NCBI GenBank assembly: GCA_046293175.1
Contig: JBKBPM010000001.1
Location: 363,446-427,445 of the forward strand
DNA from: Minisyncoccia bacterium
GTDB lineage: Bacteria > Patescibacteriota > Minisyncoccia > Phycocordibacterales > UBA918
Direction: 5' to 3'
DNA: 64,000 nucleotides
The notes under the pieces were generated by a model. That model worked only from the letters and a program-made list of their open reading frames with translations. It was not told the DNA's origin and searched no databases. This document shows, piece after piece, positions 51,301-55,051 of this stretch (position 1 is the first letter of the stretch; each line of letters starts with the position of its first letter). The translations under genes and the position numbers were made by a program.

Positions 51301-52724
51301 AGATCATCGTAGTATTTAATATCAAACAAAGCTGGTATCTCAGTTCCTTCTGGATTTTTTATACTCACCCGATCAACAACAAAGGTGTTTTCGGTAAAGA
51401 TAGCTCGGAAGATACGATTGAGGAAACCTTGTTGTGGGTCGTATGAGAGCGTAAACATCGGTGACTTGCCAAGTACCTGATCGAGATCGGCATTGACAAG
51501 CTCATTGAGACTTGGTTCTTTCAAATCACGCTCGTAGCTAATGGTATCGGTTGGCGCTTTAAAATCTGAAGCTTCATAAAAGCGGCCAGAGGTGACATCA
51601 AGCCACACCCCATCTACAAACACCTCTTCAGTCTCAGTTTCGATACCTTCGTAGGCCACTTTAACGCGGAGATTTGAGAGGTCATTACTATATGGTGAAA
51701 CAGCGAGTGCTACAAGGAAATGATCACCATTGAGACTATTAGAAATTTCGCCATCCACATCAATGACAGTACCTGGGAGGTAGGTTGCACCAGCATCAAG
51801 CGAGTACGATACAACAAACCGCTGAATGGCACTACCTGGCTTAGCTTTGGCTGCCAGCGACAGGCGGAGCTGCACCGTATCAAGTACCGTACCACTGGTG
51901 AACTCTGGCAAGGCAAAATTATCAAACGTGAGTGACCGAGTCTTACAGCCGGCTTCAATCAAACATGGCGAAAGTCCAAAGAGATCCGTAGTCGATGTGG
52001 CAGTCAACTCAACCAGAGCTGATTCCTCTTCATTACTGGTAGTAGCAGCTTCACCATCTACTGCCGGCATGACAGCAGTTGTCTCTTCACCAGCTACAGG
52101 TTCAGATGTAGGTAGCGATTCTGGAGTAGGAAGTACCGTTTCTTCCACTGGTTCTGTTGGACTTTCATTTACTACCTCTTCACTCACCACTACATCATCA
52201 GAAACCGGTGTGGTTTCATCAAATTGCGCCAGCGGGTATGTCTCGGCCTTTAGTGAAGTTTCAAGTGGCGTTTCAGTCGGTGCTGGTTGTGGAGCAGGCT
52301 CTGGTGTTGGCTCTGGTTCCGAAGTGGACTCTGCCGGTGTTTCAGTTGGTTTTGGTTCAGTGGTCGGAACATCAGGAACAACACCGTCAGCTGGAGTATC
52401 AGGTGAAGGGTTTTGATTTGGTGCGTCTCCTGTTGGTGTTTGTGGTTCTGTTGGAGCGAAATATTTAAAGTAGGCAGAATTGCTGCTAGTGAAGTTTTGC
52501 AAAATACCATCACCGTCAACATCTTGAATCAAAACTTCGTTCGGATTATCAAAGCCATCTGACACAACGCCACCTGGCACTACGAGCAATTCCTCGGTGG
52601 TATAGACGGTGCGATCAATATACGAGTACGCCAAAAAGCCACTGATACAGACAAATACCAGCAGAACCCGCAAAGTGAGGCGGTTTAGCTTAGGAATTAC
52701 ATGCGACACAACTCTAGCGCCCAA
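30372..52724 (-). CDS. giant multidomain surface protein (7450 aa)
   Basis: Single uninterrupted 22,353-nt ORF; the residue count matches exactly. Approximate layout by aa: signal anchor (1-40); acidic PT-rich linker (95-250); three ~140-aa jelly-roll-like repeats (770-1190); FN3-like (1200-1325; 2420-2545; 2685-2805); two 8-bladed BNR/Asp-box-like propellers (1370-1760; 2855-3220; blades like YRIWNGSTWSATSSI); DUF2341-like + LamG-like modules (1996-2320; 4415-4745; 6700-7020); Gly-rich region (3420-3900); parallel beta-helix-like ~95-aa repeats (3940-4410; 4750-6690); Cys-rich C-terminal domain (7200-7450) ending NIYWGIEVPFGVNSAPHAGINVFTPVSP. The annotated start is TTG; the true start is uncertain. 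Confidence 0.9.
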   Translation of the reverse strand: MGARVVSHVIPKLNRLTLRVLLVFVCISGFLAYSYIDRTVYTTEELLVVPGGVVSDGFDNPNEVLIQDVDGDGILQNFTSSNSAYFKYFAPTEPQTPTGDAPNQNPSPDTPADGVVPDVPTTEPKPTETPAESTSEPEPTPEPAPQPAPTETPLETSLKAETYPLAQFDETTPVSDDVVVSEEVVNESPTEPVEETVLPTPESLPTSEPVAGEETTAVMPAVDGEAATTSNEEESALVELTATSTTDLFGLSPCLIEAGCKTRSLTFDNFALPEFTSGTVLDTVQLRLSLAAKAKPGSAIQRFVVSYSLDAGATYLPGTVIDVDGEISNSLNGDHFLVALAVSPYSNDLSNLRVKVAYEGIETETEEVFVDGVWLDVTSGRFYEASDFKAPTDTISYERDLKEPSLNELVNADLDQVLGKSPMFTLSYDPQQGFLNRIFRAIFTENTFVVDRVSIKNPEGTEIPALFDIKYYDDLTWSMEVQQLPYTLEPGKYEVTVEVLENGEKFIDTFEFYWGLLAVNTKKSMYFPNEEVQLNLAALTDSGDTICDANLQMKIIDPKGTIYEVPVEQSGSCNANNVTDMPDYLATFTDTGEWGEYTIQLQHLNVNGEVVHKITDSFEVRDYIPFDITRTAPTRIYPPAPYKVDLNIKANRTYTGDITERVPRGFIIEGLEGATITALPQYSVITWSDITLNEGDEITLSYTFDAPDISPYMYLLGPLQMDTFHELRQWQIASDALNNIGWFKGTRTVAGTNLNEAPSPMQWSTSSIDNYYYSHSTSTNSQRVTLRQNGDYFVSVNLPVQRTDANVSRTRSGIEVRKNGIAVQEGLGRSGYIENAGAQSESSSNVAFLLTDVSANDYIEVFVENLNTIDAGDTVNVTGLASMYLEYINDTNTVFAATTTRSTATTSLNTATANALDWVETRQDSGYVHSNTVSPQNITLSATGTYMVHINIPLTGVNHTVQTNVKGQVLINGMAVPGAQFMQGYMETAATESDGDSSIHWSGIVVASSTNSVLTVTTQQEAGGGNVVVTPGFAGSIYIQKLPSTGVIALTGNYLNGTTGMNFNNSNASSSRFNTQLAYDSNAYTHSTAVNSHQITVNASGDYLLTYNGAFTGATARTNNRITVTVNGVTTTGAQTKSNFIRNQNGHAEASGNLVFLLEGVTAGQIISIQSQQEATAGQVSSTTPGTLMLWKKAALDFRPAAPTLHGVPFDNARLASTTPYFEFTASDPDGTSDIEYEFSISTSSTFATATVRVSSSDAGFYNTVSGGDTSPFTEGQKIRYQLQPSETLTDLTTYYWRVRARDVTGSGGFGDYSTTQSFTVNAADTVPNWYQTTSGQFNTNTLFGGVSNNDNVVVNSTTNTEMLIAYGDGTNNTPRYRLWGGTSWGIKQSAIPVGGTINWVRTAAGVKRDEYILVTMDQSNATYAQVYNATSSSWGNQTLITNTVSNVGRRGIAVGYESVSGDAMVVSCSNTKDPVYRIWNGSTWSATSSITTSLVNVCNHVEIASDPTSDEMILVVRDSGAAVGNNYEMLVWDGSAFGNSRVMGSVQAGQEARAGIGVKYETSGDQAIVAVTNGTGNSFIYRTWTGLDWTAPATQALQNDFEWGTLSADPNSDNMVLCYINDSARPGAIRWDGSIWTGTYNDFSTAGNSQAGRPIDCEYETVAGRSGYTLAAYSDTTNARYSVYATSSWSAPQPITGVGAGTGVFWVQTERAGDGTIVSVSHDDAVAGDEIESTYWNGTSWSTKQSIVPNPSSIAGAPFETFEMAAKRYQFTQSTVTTQPIVFSAVPNQQTWGDFTFSSTEPFGTDVTVKLKYTSTTTCDTYIPDGALAGNSAGFDSTAMPLNLTGLSTTTYSQICLEATLTTFGATSASLDDWSVAWVRKPKLVQNDFRWYTNASVFTPTDAWPVGGTDVAENTALTSAEAVSLNDVIRLRLSLEGANVTLPTSTSAFKLQYATGVSCNIATGWQDVGAVGSTTATWRGYANSIVGTDWYSASWPRRVKVTVESSLVSGNDVTNFPVYLNLDDFPAQFFDNVQSDGDDIRITTSDGVTEVPYELVSLDTGSDIGELHFRAPSLSTTTDTDFYVYYGNGAASGYSVSATYGRNNVWSNNFLAVYHLDQSPTATAPQFIDSTGNSNGTSQNMEVGDRQNGIVGRFQAIDGTNEYIDLGSSFNRSFLNSTWQIWASSTGNQGAFDGLLMTRASGETSGINIPSNTNRLGYHWRDAAATYNWTGGPTYPTSSAPFMATLTIEPTRAVMWRHSGVGVASGTNAVTHSTGTYAALDIGQDPLGGRLFTGGIDEVSISNIVRSDGWIQTTFNNKSNPTGFYAVASEEIISDGRVLPSTLLASSTFPETYEEYNPTNLNRNALLVGQNAEWDFVLQNNNAAANTSYCFRVVYADGSVLNSYDNYPRLITNAAPLEPTLIAPFDNEQMASTSPTFEFAATDELGDLVSYEVVIDDDADFSSPTLIRESNANFSQFTNLASPSERSQYSSGQTIQFIPNTGLTDGVTYWWRVRAKDDFGSNTYGNWSEAKSFTINSATVITTWYQTTGDQFNTNSLNDAITSTTTNDTGINTGFTAATTTTTEIDYDNREIGNAWGSINFNQNVTSGTIRHYVEYEVSANTFELVPDTDLPGNSSGFTSSPISIANLDTRTYNVLRITSVFSGNSTLPRLLDMTVTWSQKIEPPTLISLFDNAKTATVTPAFTFTTTDPQNDDLQYEVQISSTADFASPSTFLSGVDAGFTNVTTPADTNPYTSGNTVRYQTQTPLTNGVTYWWRARARDPGGNNSWSNYATPFSFTVDTATNVSVWYQTTGDQFATNDNVDIETVAGGAQVTSIISGAMTAYGIGTAQAPQFRTWNGSTWSSAQSAETVGAQIRWTQLKAATTRPEYALGTLGTDLDINIQIYDALTESWGNIFEIVDNATESTKRRFDIGYETVSGRLMAVACTGNDAVYAIWNGTSWSATSSIDLVKAADCEWVKLASDPTSNEMIVVFRHNNASTPDYEALVWNGSSWGNSNRFGDVSANSNEAIVIEYEESGDQAVLALPNGTVNMPWKTWNGSTWSATSTVALGNVMTWGSLKRDEGSDRMILCYMDADTDIGVLRWTGSGWGTFTEMTTTGNDNRGLPVDCEFQTTPGTAEGEVIVAYSDTVAARYQTYSVLTGTSSGEFSLDTVNNSWRIQTVRGGDSNIHMLAFDDGSNPDRYDTSRWDGVTWTARENFSTSPSITTLPFDGSLTIAAQIYPSFTSGAIRSTAINFEDGVSPRWERVRFTDTTPGLSDVLYRVYYETTPGNFVLIPDSALPGNAAGFTNSPIDLSNLDKNIYAVLKLDAELLCDSGNCPSIQDWSVEWSEGLTVSGSAFEYDQSTLVATGTVAIAVNGVLQSGKTAQIAVGTTTQQMVYSTAGTSTFTVPPGVTNVTVKAWGAGGGAGGGGTQYAGATGGGGGFVGGTLTTIPGENLTIHVGGGGGGGVTGAPPGGGGGGGATSVMRASTPLFVAGAGGGGGSVAGGISYVGVGTACAVSGASCTPTIPAGTAVDDVYIAVLHSRTNTAHTCTANCTGWTEFSSQAGSAGEGRLSVWYYRRTGAVPGNPTFGGPATESYTGRIWAYRGVTTTGNPYDVVGTNTAVTVANTVFTGTDLNATVADAMVVHVGGSMDNNTWGPGGGSCDIPTNADANFYSANANGTDNSVFLCYDNNPVGAPGQLGAPTMTQASVGADVGRYFTFALKPHSVTGTLAGAGGVGGGLVGGDGVSVTGSTAGTGGTQSTGGAIGGGNATVGSAYNGGSGSSGAGGGAGGAGGIHGGGAGGAGASSTLAAGGAGGGAGYYGGGGGASGAGIYQASAGGGGGSSYITTSGVTATSTVSGSSTSPGLPGNNTDSDYGGGAGSGGTSATSTNGGNGNPGRVVITWSTVSAAGSWSIPNVSAVAGDVITVFMQNASGTDEAVGTTVYDGSGDITGMVLSKRHLTIGSNDNTTITNAQLALYANSANEDIFFSADGGNAITLCAESTCGDARLRVLSGSTYAPGADTSVINFQNNGTFAPATSTFRISNLWNNQGTFTTGLSTIIFTATTSTQTPVNASSSLFFHNVTFGEGSGNATFSLTKPLIASGNVTMNFGTLARGTSSINIGGNLSLGANGTFSGLGTTTFDGAGSSLWGDAKSAASSTNVGNVVIDGTAKTITLSGNVGSESITIGADDTLNASGSGFNINVVRAWTNNNLFVPQSGTVTFVGTSTGVIARGTSAFNNLSFTGAGGNWSFSTSTLVLNGTLTIATGTVTLPTGTTTIAGSFLNTGGQFAHNNGEVRMTSSVAGRTITQRATNFLNAFYDLTFAGAGSWTYSESAATTTRAHRIQSGTVTMPSGTLTVGGDFAVTGSGAFAHNNGEVILLVQDANQISTNGSSFNHLRTRSGVGSWYNNSWTSRMAITISASQVAETVTDFPVYVDLATLGSAFFAGVKSDGSDIRVTTSDGVTEVPYELVSINTGSLSGELHFKAPTISNVTNTTFYIYYGNSAASAYAVTDPFGRNNVWTNGYLAVYHLDESPTASAPQYVGSTGSTTGTSNNMEVGDRVTAQVGRGQSIDGTNEFIQTTFAASMATSTWSVWMRPNGAQSAYDGVVFSRGAVTTGLGINGTAGNLGYHWNDTVATYGWNGAPTYLQNQWFMAALVVNPTTATIYRFATSGSASSSNSTTHASSTINDLKFGQDDAGGRFFSGIIDEIRLSNVARTNGWLTTEYNNQISASTFYATSSSQARFARTFTDTNATILGNFVLDTGGDTTFPTGVLSVGGSFDNNATFFNASGTVRFNSIAGAETIAAGNSNFATLEFNSAGGDFTITEAATSTVAINLITATQFTLNSGISLTASGTFSQTMSGTSTTWTGSILRLIGGDHSMHAKTFSGDVYGTLFVDGDTDVAMWNSSAATYTTNGTGSIYSQDHAGVDGDLNIYGNYIRSTGTEHWAYATDFDGTVLGSPRQVDVRVASGSSIGFTAASLNLTGTTSATTTVAALTGSFSLNATNSIVTARNFSVASTGPAGFGLLGSTTLSQFDDGYVEVTPGTSGLRIDGTTVNTNPAKQFLRVAFATTTAGTGSNVTFTGTSTSFVWFKEGTGNLYGEAFDGGDTNPGAIRFDDSSYLITVSGRVLRSDGSAALGAPVCDGVTPNVRVVVNSGSYTAQTSCNAATGAYSFSNVAFIGDPKITVYLNTNGGVTGAAVTKTPTTDITNFDVYAYQLITRHEGAVPLSIADLTLFNTASDTDLRFTATTTPSTSLTVFANNGLFVWASTTFTPGGPVTLAGNASSSAFEGSLTLATSSQFVAAGTDTHSLSGRLVVGTNATITAASSTFVFTATTTGKSITAAATQNFHNLSFTGVGGAWNITAPLSLTGDMTITAGTVTGTNNISLLNGQLTGNGTLSLGAGTTTIARTNTLGGTTPWTFANLVLGNGSMAGTTTPASAATTTVSGRLTVSAAHVYDVGATAINLTGSGTVFSVAGTYRSGTGLVTYSGANATVLGTTYYDLAIGTTVGSSTFTTSGVGILVNRNLTIGNGTASSTFTTNQSDPVLTVSGDVFVATASTLSLSDTATTTIAGSIDANGTVLANGGVVAFTGSGTHTIAMGNSPLARTRINGTGSFTVTESATSTQSFILQNHSLFRVATGTTLAVAGVFENQLGGAATDFPGTLYFYGGGNIAVNQKTTADTYSTLSVASDTRIRLWNSSATTYNALGGIYSQDHNNTNGLLHIYGTFTETTASDYWSYATDFDGASLTGSERVVTVAFASGASYNLLGGSLSVVGAANASTSINNQGSGTYNVTIGGSGTTNWNYATIRNATSTGIVFTGIPTVTDFSRVDIEVAANSGTGITVGATVLNNNPAKNFTNNSFATSSGVSAATNVTATGTAVSSWRFTNHIGSIDGEAYDNDPAGDPGYIVWDDSAALITVSGNVYSDEGVTVSPVCDGVTQNILLRVAGLTTYTASCDPGTGAYSISNVAFSPADTLTVYIDNNIRKAVTVSADPISSISNMHLYENRVIVRHENTSPLSIADMAVWDSSDDGDILFTAVDAGSDTLTLPADQKLLIWSGKTFEPNGNVTLSGGGGGGAQDGTLEAQANATWRALGTETHSIGGSFIFGPGAIFIAGQSTTTFTTTGAGRTIDVNGGPFYNVAFTGSGSWTVTDATFTTTRSFTQSAGAVTFGSGTTTIGASFNATGGSFSMPGTGLAFVSSSTGNIVRFDDATVPALYFTGAAGSWSMTDTNATTTGSFVISNTGTVTLPSGALAVGGSFTNASGTVTHNTADLYMTSAADASITTRGSDLFALRKTGVGTITITDASATFRDDVVISAGAFISATNTLSVGGSFLVTGGTFDHASGTVLFNATASGKTINASTSPFYNVQFASASGGWTWQGNATTTNNVTLTTASSFTKEAGTTLSIGGVFTNLVGGGATTWINTIISLTNSAPYTINTKSAGGDDYATLAISSADLRLWNSTVATTTLGTGASLYSQDHGAVDGTLNIYGDFTVATTSEYWSYSTDFDGAALVGPSQRAVTVRMAQNSTTTVQSGSLAILGAASASTTIGAISTGTHAFLVTGGTFNAQYYRFDALNSSGLSFSNAPTITNLSNAYYNLAVNGGTLISLTDTALNANASKIFTAVGFNAGNSWTGTNVALVGSTTNAWRFSGNYGNIGGEAFDSDIGGLCGAIRFDDSGCLLTSQTSSRWRADDGGEGAPNSEWYNFAWTYRERVRVENTTATTFATTTVRVTVPYDSAMQSDFDDLRFTSSDGLTPLDFWVDRYVASTEAVVWVEVPSLAPNAYTNLFMYFGNASSTSSSSAANTFSFSDDFEDNNITEYSGDTSLFQTDTTPVYGGAYALEAQNKSGRTTDGIFRTGNLTAQGQIIRYRQYVDISGGAADEGCALFGVQTPGTANNNYAVCLELFGTDRLSLSKNVTDNDISGTRLASTTVTYTTGWYQVEIDWQTNNRIDVYLYNPSGTLVATTSATDSSYTSGGMGFTFWVQNGAWDSYHVSDRGPINPGITFGAKQTYGGATWLSAENALGSGLPGVTRRLRIGIENSGLTVTGQTYRLQYAAKGTSPSCEAVSSGSYVAVPNQASCGSSPICMQTSTQVTDGAPTTDLLTTINGQFTPGMVVESPSNMSSALTVPADNYTELEYVITPTLNATDNYCFRVVNDATPIDFYGEVAELGLQFDPTFGTVALNNGFDISLLPGTTTRVYATGTVTDFNGVADLVNGTSTIYRSSVGPSCTPNNNNCYVSTIGNKCSFTNCSGNTCTFECYADIFFHAEATDDNGDTWLAYLEVSDTSGGYDMATPPAGVELYTVRALSVDSGINYGSLAPQDNTGSYNPTTTIANTGNVAFDIEVEGTDLSDGSSSIIPANQQKFATSTFTYAGCSVCSLLSSSTPVTLDVNLAKPTVPSPAVTTNIYWGIEVPFGVNSAPHAGINVFTPVSP
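30375..31124 (-). other. Cys-rich C-terminal domain of the giant ORF ending in the YWGIEVP motif, shared with 23440..25317 and 6980..13141
   Basis: aa about 7200-7450: SVGPSCTPNNNNCYVSTIGNKCSFTNCSGNTCTFECYADIFFHAEATDDNGD...IPANQQKFATSTFTYAGCSVCSLLSS...TTNIYWGIEVPFGVNSAPHAGINVFTPVSP. Confidence 0.6.
32654..38474 (-). other. long array of ~95-aa parallel beta-helix-like repeats within the giant ORF (approx.)
   Basis: aa about 4750-6690. Recurrent pattern ...F.NL.FTG.GG.W..S...L.L.G.LTI..GTVT.P.G..T..GSF.N.GG.F.HN.G.V.. occurs more than 15 times. A shorter array lies at aa about 3940-4410 (nt about 39494..40904). Confidence 0.5.
41024..42467 (-). other. Gly-rich low-complexity region of the giant ORF (GGxGG repeats) containing short (CCG)n tracts
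   Basis: aa about 3420-3900: AWGAGGGAGGGGTQYAGATGGGGG..., GSGSSGAGGGAGGAGGIHGGGAGGAGASS..., interrupted by a Cys-containing island (ACAVSGASCTPT...HTCTANCTGW). Nucleotide tracts of ccgccgccgccg occur near 41211, 41236 and 42321. Confidence 0.6.
45765..46739 (-). other. DUF2341-like + LamG/ConA-like lectin module (copy 1 of 3) within the giant ORF (approx.)
   Basis: WPRRVKVTVESSLVSGNDVTNFPVYLNLDDFPAQFFDNVQSDGDDIRITTSDGVTEVPYELVSLDTG...FYVYYGNGAAS followed by a ~220-aa LamG-like block. Copies 2 and 3 lie at nt about 38489..39482 and 31664..32627 (SRWRADDGGEGAPNSEWYNFAWTYRERVRVENTT...LRFTSSDGLTPLDFWVDRYV...NLFMYFGNAS). Confidence 0.55.
47445..48617 (-). other. BNR/Asp-box-like 8-bladed beta-propeller domain within the giant ORF (approx.)
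   Basis: aa about 1370-1760. Blades: RLWGGTSWGIK, YNATSSSWGNQ, YRIWNGSTWSATSSI, LVWDGSAFGNS, YRTWTGLDWTAP, IRWDGSIWTGT, YSVYATSSWSAP, TYWNGTSWSTK. A second propeller lies at nt about 43067..44162. Confidence 0.55.
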
Positions 52725-52748
52725 AAAAACTTTTGGGTTACATACAGT

Positions 52749-52781
52749 ATAACGCGCCGGTCGTTATGACCGGCGCGTTAT
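52749..52781. terminator. perfect 33-nt palindrome (14-bp GC-rich arms, 5-nt loop): putative bidirectional terminator or operator between the cohesin gene and the giant gene
   Basis: ataacgcgccggtc-gttat-gaccggcgcgttat. It lies 35 nt after the stop of 52812..54365 and about 30 nt before the annotated TTG start of the giant ORF. A second A/T hairpin (cccaaaagtttttttggg) follows on the minus strand. Confidence 0.55.
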
Positions 52782-52811
52782 AGCTAATTTATTGTGGATT
52801 GTTTAGCTCAC

Positions 52812-54365
52812 TTAGCGAAGAATAGTTTTTACGTCATTGATTTCCTTCTCTATCAAGGTCTCTGATACTTCGAGTGCTTGATTGAGACCCTCTACAGCTT
52901 CTTTTTCTTTCTTTGAAAGGCGTGGACGCTTCGTGATGAGATTTATCTGATCATAGATTTCATCGCGTAGCGCTGAGAAGATTTTTTCCATCTGGTCTTG
53001 AATCTCACGTGTCTCGCGACGGAGCTTATCTTCACGGAGTTTGTTCTGCTTGCGGTCATACCAAATGTAGATGAACTGCATGAGAATTGTGATGAGGAGC
53101 AACGCGGTGAAAATGTTTCGTCCAGTGAGGTAATCCCAGATGGTCGTTTCGATTTCTACTTCTGCTGGTTTGATCCACCCGGCAGTGATCTGTACAGCCA
53201 CGCGAGATTCTTTGGTGTTACCAGCCTTGTCGTGCGCTACTACTTTGACAGTATACGTACCATCTTCCAGTTCCTTAAGGAGATAGCCAATAGCTGCTTC
53301 ATCAGGACTAACTTTGATTGGTTCATTATCCGCAATCGTCATTTCGTAGTAATCGATACCAGAGGTGGTGTCGTTCGCTGCGAAATTAAGTTGTGGGAAG
53401 CCGGTCGGTGAGTTCGAGACCCGTACTTCAATAATGAAGTCTTCCGGTGGGATCGTATCAATCATGATCTTACGATTGAGGACCGCACCCCAACCGACCT
53501 GATTCTTATATTTGATACTGAGGTACTGAATACCTTCAATGACATTTTCTCGGTTCAAAGCAAATTCTTTAACCGGAGGATTTGAAATTGCTGACTTCGT
53601 GAGCTCTGGCTGATTCTCGGATGAGGTAGACAGCATCACGGCGAGTTCGTTCACATCAAACGGGATATCCCATTCAAAGAGACCATCGGTGGTTGCGTAC
53701 CAGGTTTCCGGATCAAGGAAGGTCTTTGATCCAACCTCAGGCGCCCGTGGTGGATCACCAAACACAATTGCCGCATTACTATCTTCGTTGTCATCATTAC
53801 GTGGAGGTGTTGGCGTATCGGTAGGAGTCGGTGTTAGTGTTGGAGTTGGTGGTGGGGTTGCTCCAGCCGCTACCGTAAACGATCCATTAGTACTCTTGGC
53901 ATAAACATCGGTTCCGCGACCATCTGCTGCAAGAACAGAGGCACTTGAGACCGTGAGCGCTCCGGTACCGGCAGCAACCGCCCGGAAGGTCACACTCACG
54001 AGGTTAGACTGGGCCGTAAACGGAGATGGACTACCACCACCAAAGGTAATGGTTCCGGCACTGTTTGAGTAAGTTGGCTCAGTCGTCCATAGCGAGAAAA
54101 CCGAACCGGTCTTACTGACGTTTACAACTGAGAGTACCGCCGGATCAAACTTGAGACTCGCCTCAACCGCGTTTACACTCTGACCACCAGGAGACACACG
54201 AACTGAGACGGTAAAAGTCTGGCCAGGAGTGTAGTTACCGGTACTTGGTGAAATAATCAAATCGGCAGCCTGTGCAACACTAGAGAAAAAAGCAAACAAC
54301 AGAACAGCTCCCGCCAAGGCCAATACTTTACTTATATGTGTACGTGTGGATGTAAATGAGAACAT
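52812..54365 (-). CDS. cohesin-domain membrane protein with Ig-like domains, C-terminal TM and conserved cytoplasmic helical tail (paralog of 16319..18034)
   Basis: 517 aa with a signal (VLALAGAVLLFAFFSSVAQA). Cohesin block (ADLIISPSTGNYTPGQTFTVSVRVSPGG...LWTTEPTYSNSAGTITFGGG), TP linker, Ig-like domain (VVAHDKAGNTKES), TM (IFTALLLITILMQFIYIWY) and a cytoplasmic tail (...RLSKKEKEAVEGLNQALEVSETLIEKEINDV). Confidence 0.7.
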   Translation of the reverse strand: MFSFTSTRTHISKVLALAGAVLLFAFFSSVAQAADLIISPSTGNYTPGQTFTVSVRVSPGGQSVNAVEASLKFDPAVLSVVNVSKTGSVFSLWTTEPTYSNSAGTITFGGGSPSPFTAQSNLVSVTFRAVAAGTGALTVSSASVLAADGRGTDVYAKSTNGSFTVAAGATPPPTPTLTPTPTDTPTPPRNDDNEDSNAAIVFGDPPRAPEVGSKTFLDPETWYATTDGLFEWDIPFDVNELAVMLSTSSENQPELTKSAISNPPVKEFALNRENVIEGIQYLSIKYKNQVGWGAVLNRKIMIDTIPPEDFIIEVRVSNSPTGFPQLNFAANDTTSGIDYYEMTIADNEPIKVSPDEAAIGYLLKELEDGTYTVKVVAHDKAGNTKESRVAVQITAGWIKPAEVEIETTIWDYLTGRNIFTALLLITILMQFIYIWYDRKQNKLREDKLRRETREIQDQMEKIFSALRDEIYDQINLITKRPRLSKKEKEAVEGLNQALEVSETLIEKEINDVKTILR

Positions 54366-54392
54366 AAGAACAATTCAGGATTACGGCGAGAG

Positions 54393-54857
54393 CTATTTGG
54401 GGGGCCGGCGCTTATCGGCAGTAATCTTCAGCTTGACCCGTTCCTTCTCTTCAGGTTTTAACAGTGGCAAGATGAGAATGAGTACACCATTTTTAATCTT
54501 TGCTTCTGCCTTCTCGATATCAACACTCTCGGGCAAAATAATTCGACGGTAAAAGTCTCCCCACACACATTCTTCAGTAAAGAATGAACCGCGTGGCTTA
54601 CTCTTCGGGAAGACAATAAACTCGGGTCGGATGCGACGACCTTCGATGAGCACAATGTCAGCATCGCCTTCAATTGAGACGTGTACGTCATTCATGTCAG
54701 CACCAGCTGACTGAGCGTAGATAACGATCGTACGCTCAGTTTGAAACACATCCACATCAAGTTGCGCCACCTTGTCGACGGCAGTTTCCTCCTCACTTGA
54801 TTGCAAGGTTTGGTCAGAGCGAACTCCCCTTCCTTTGAGACGCTGTAAAAATGACAT
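54393..54857 (-). CDS. Hsp20/alpha-crystallin family small heat-shock protein
   Basis: 154 aa. An alpha-crystallin domain (LDVDVFQTERTIVIYAQSAGADMNDVHVSIEGDADIVLIEGRR...GDFYRRIILPESVDIEKAEAKIKNGVLILILP). An AGGA SD-like sequence sits 6 nt upstream of the ATG. Confidence 0.8.
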   Translation of the reverse strand: MSFLQRLKGRGVRSDQTLQSSEEETAVDKVAQLDVDVFQTERTIVIYAQSAGADMNDVHVSIEGDADIVLIEGRRIRPEFIVFPKSKPRGSFFTEECVWGDFYRRIILPESVDIEKAEAKIKNGVLILILPLLKPEEKERVKLKITADKRRPPK

Positions 54858-55051
54858 ACTAGTTCCTATACATTATATAGGTGTCAACTTGCACATGTAG
54901 AGGTTTCCCACAGTACTGCCCTATCATAGAAACAAAATTTGGTGAGGGTGATTATTGTGGTTCGTTGGTAGAGATTAGTTCGGCTTTAATAATCTCACGT
55001 GTATTAGGCAAGAGCTAGTGTCATCGTCGCAAATAATAGCTTCAATTTGAC

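Noticed and set aside
30372-52724. Possibility that the 22-kb ORF is an assembly artifact of collapsed tandem repeats.
   Set aside because: Cannot be excluded without reads. However, the repeats are divergent at the nucleotide level (protein-level periodicity only), and domain order is non-periodic. A paralogous 2053-aa gene with the same modules exists independently. Retained as a caveat in the finding rather than rejected outright.
54858-55051. Looked for a CIRCE/HrcA operator (TTAGCACTC-N9-GAGTGCTAA) upstream of hsp20.
   Set aside because: No match. Only an unrelated 7-bp inverted repeat (gagatta...taatctc) and weak -35/-10-like hexamers with wrong spacing were seen.
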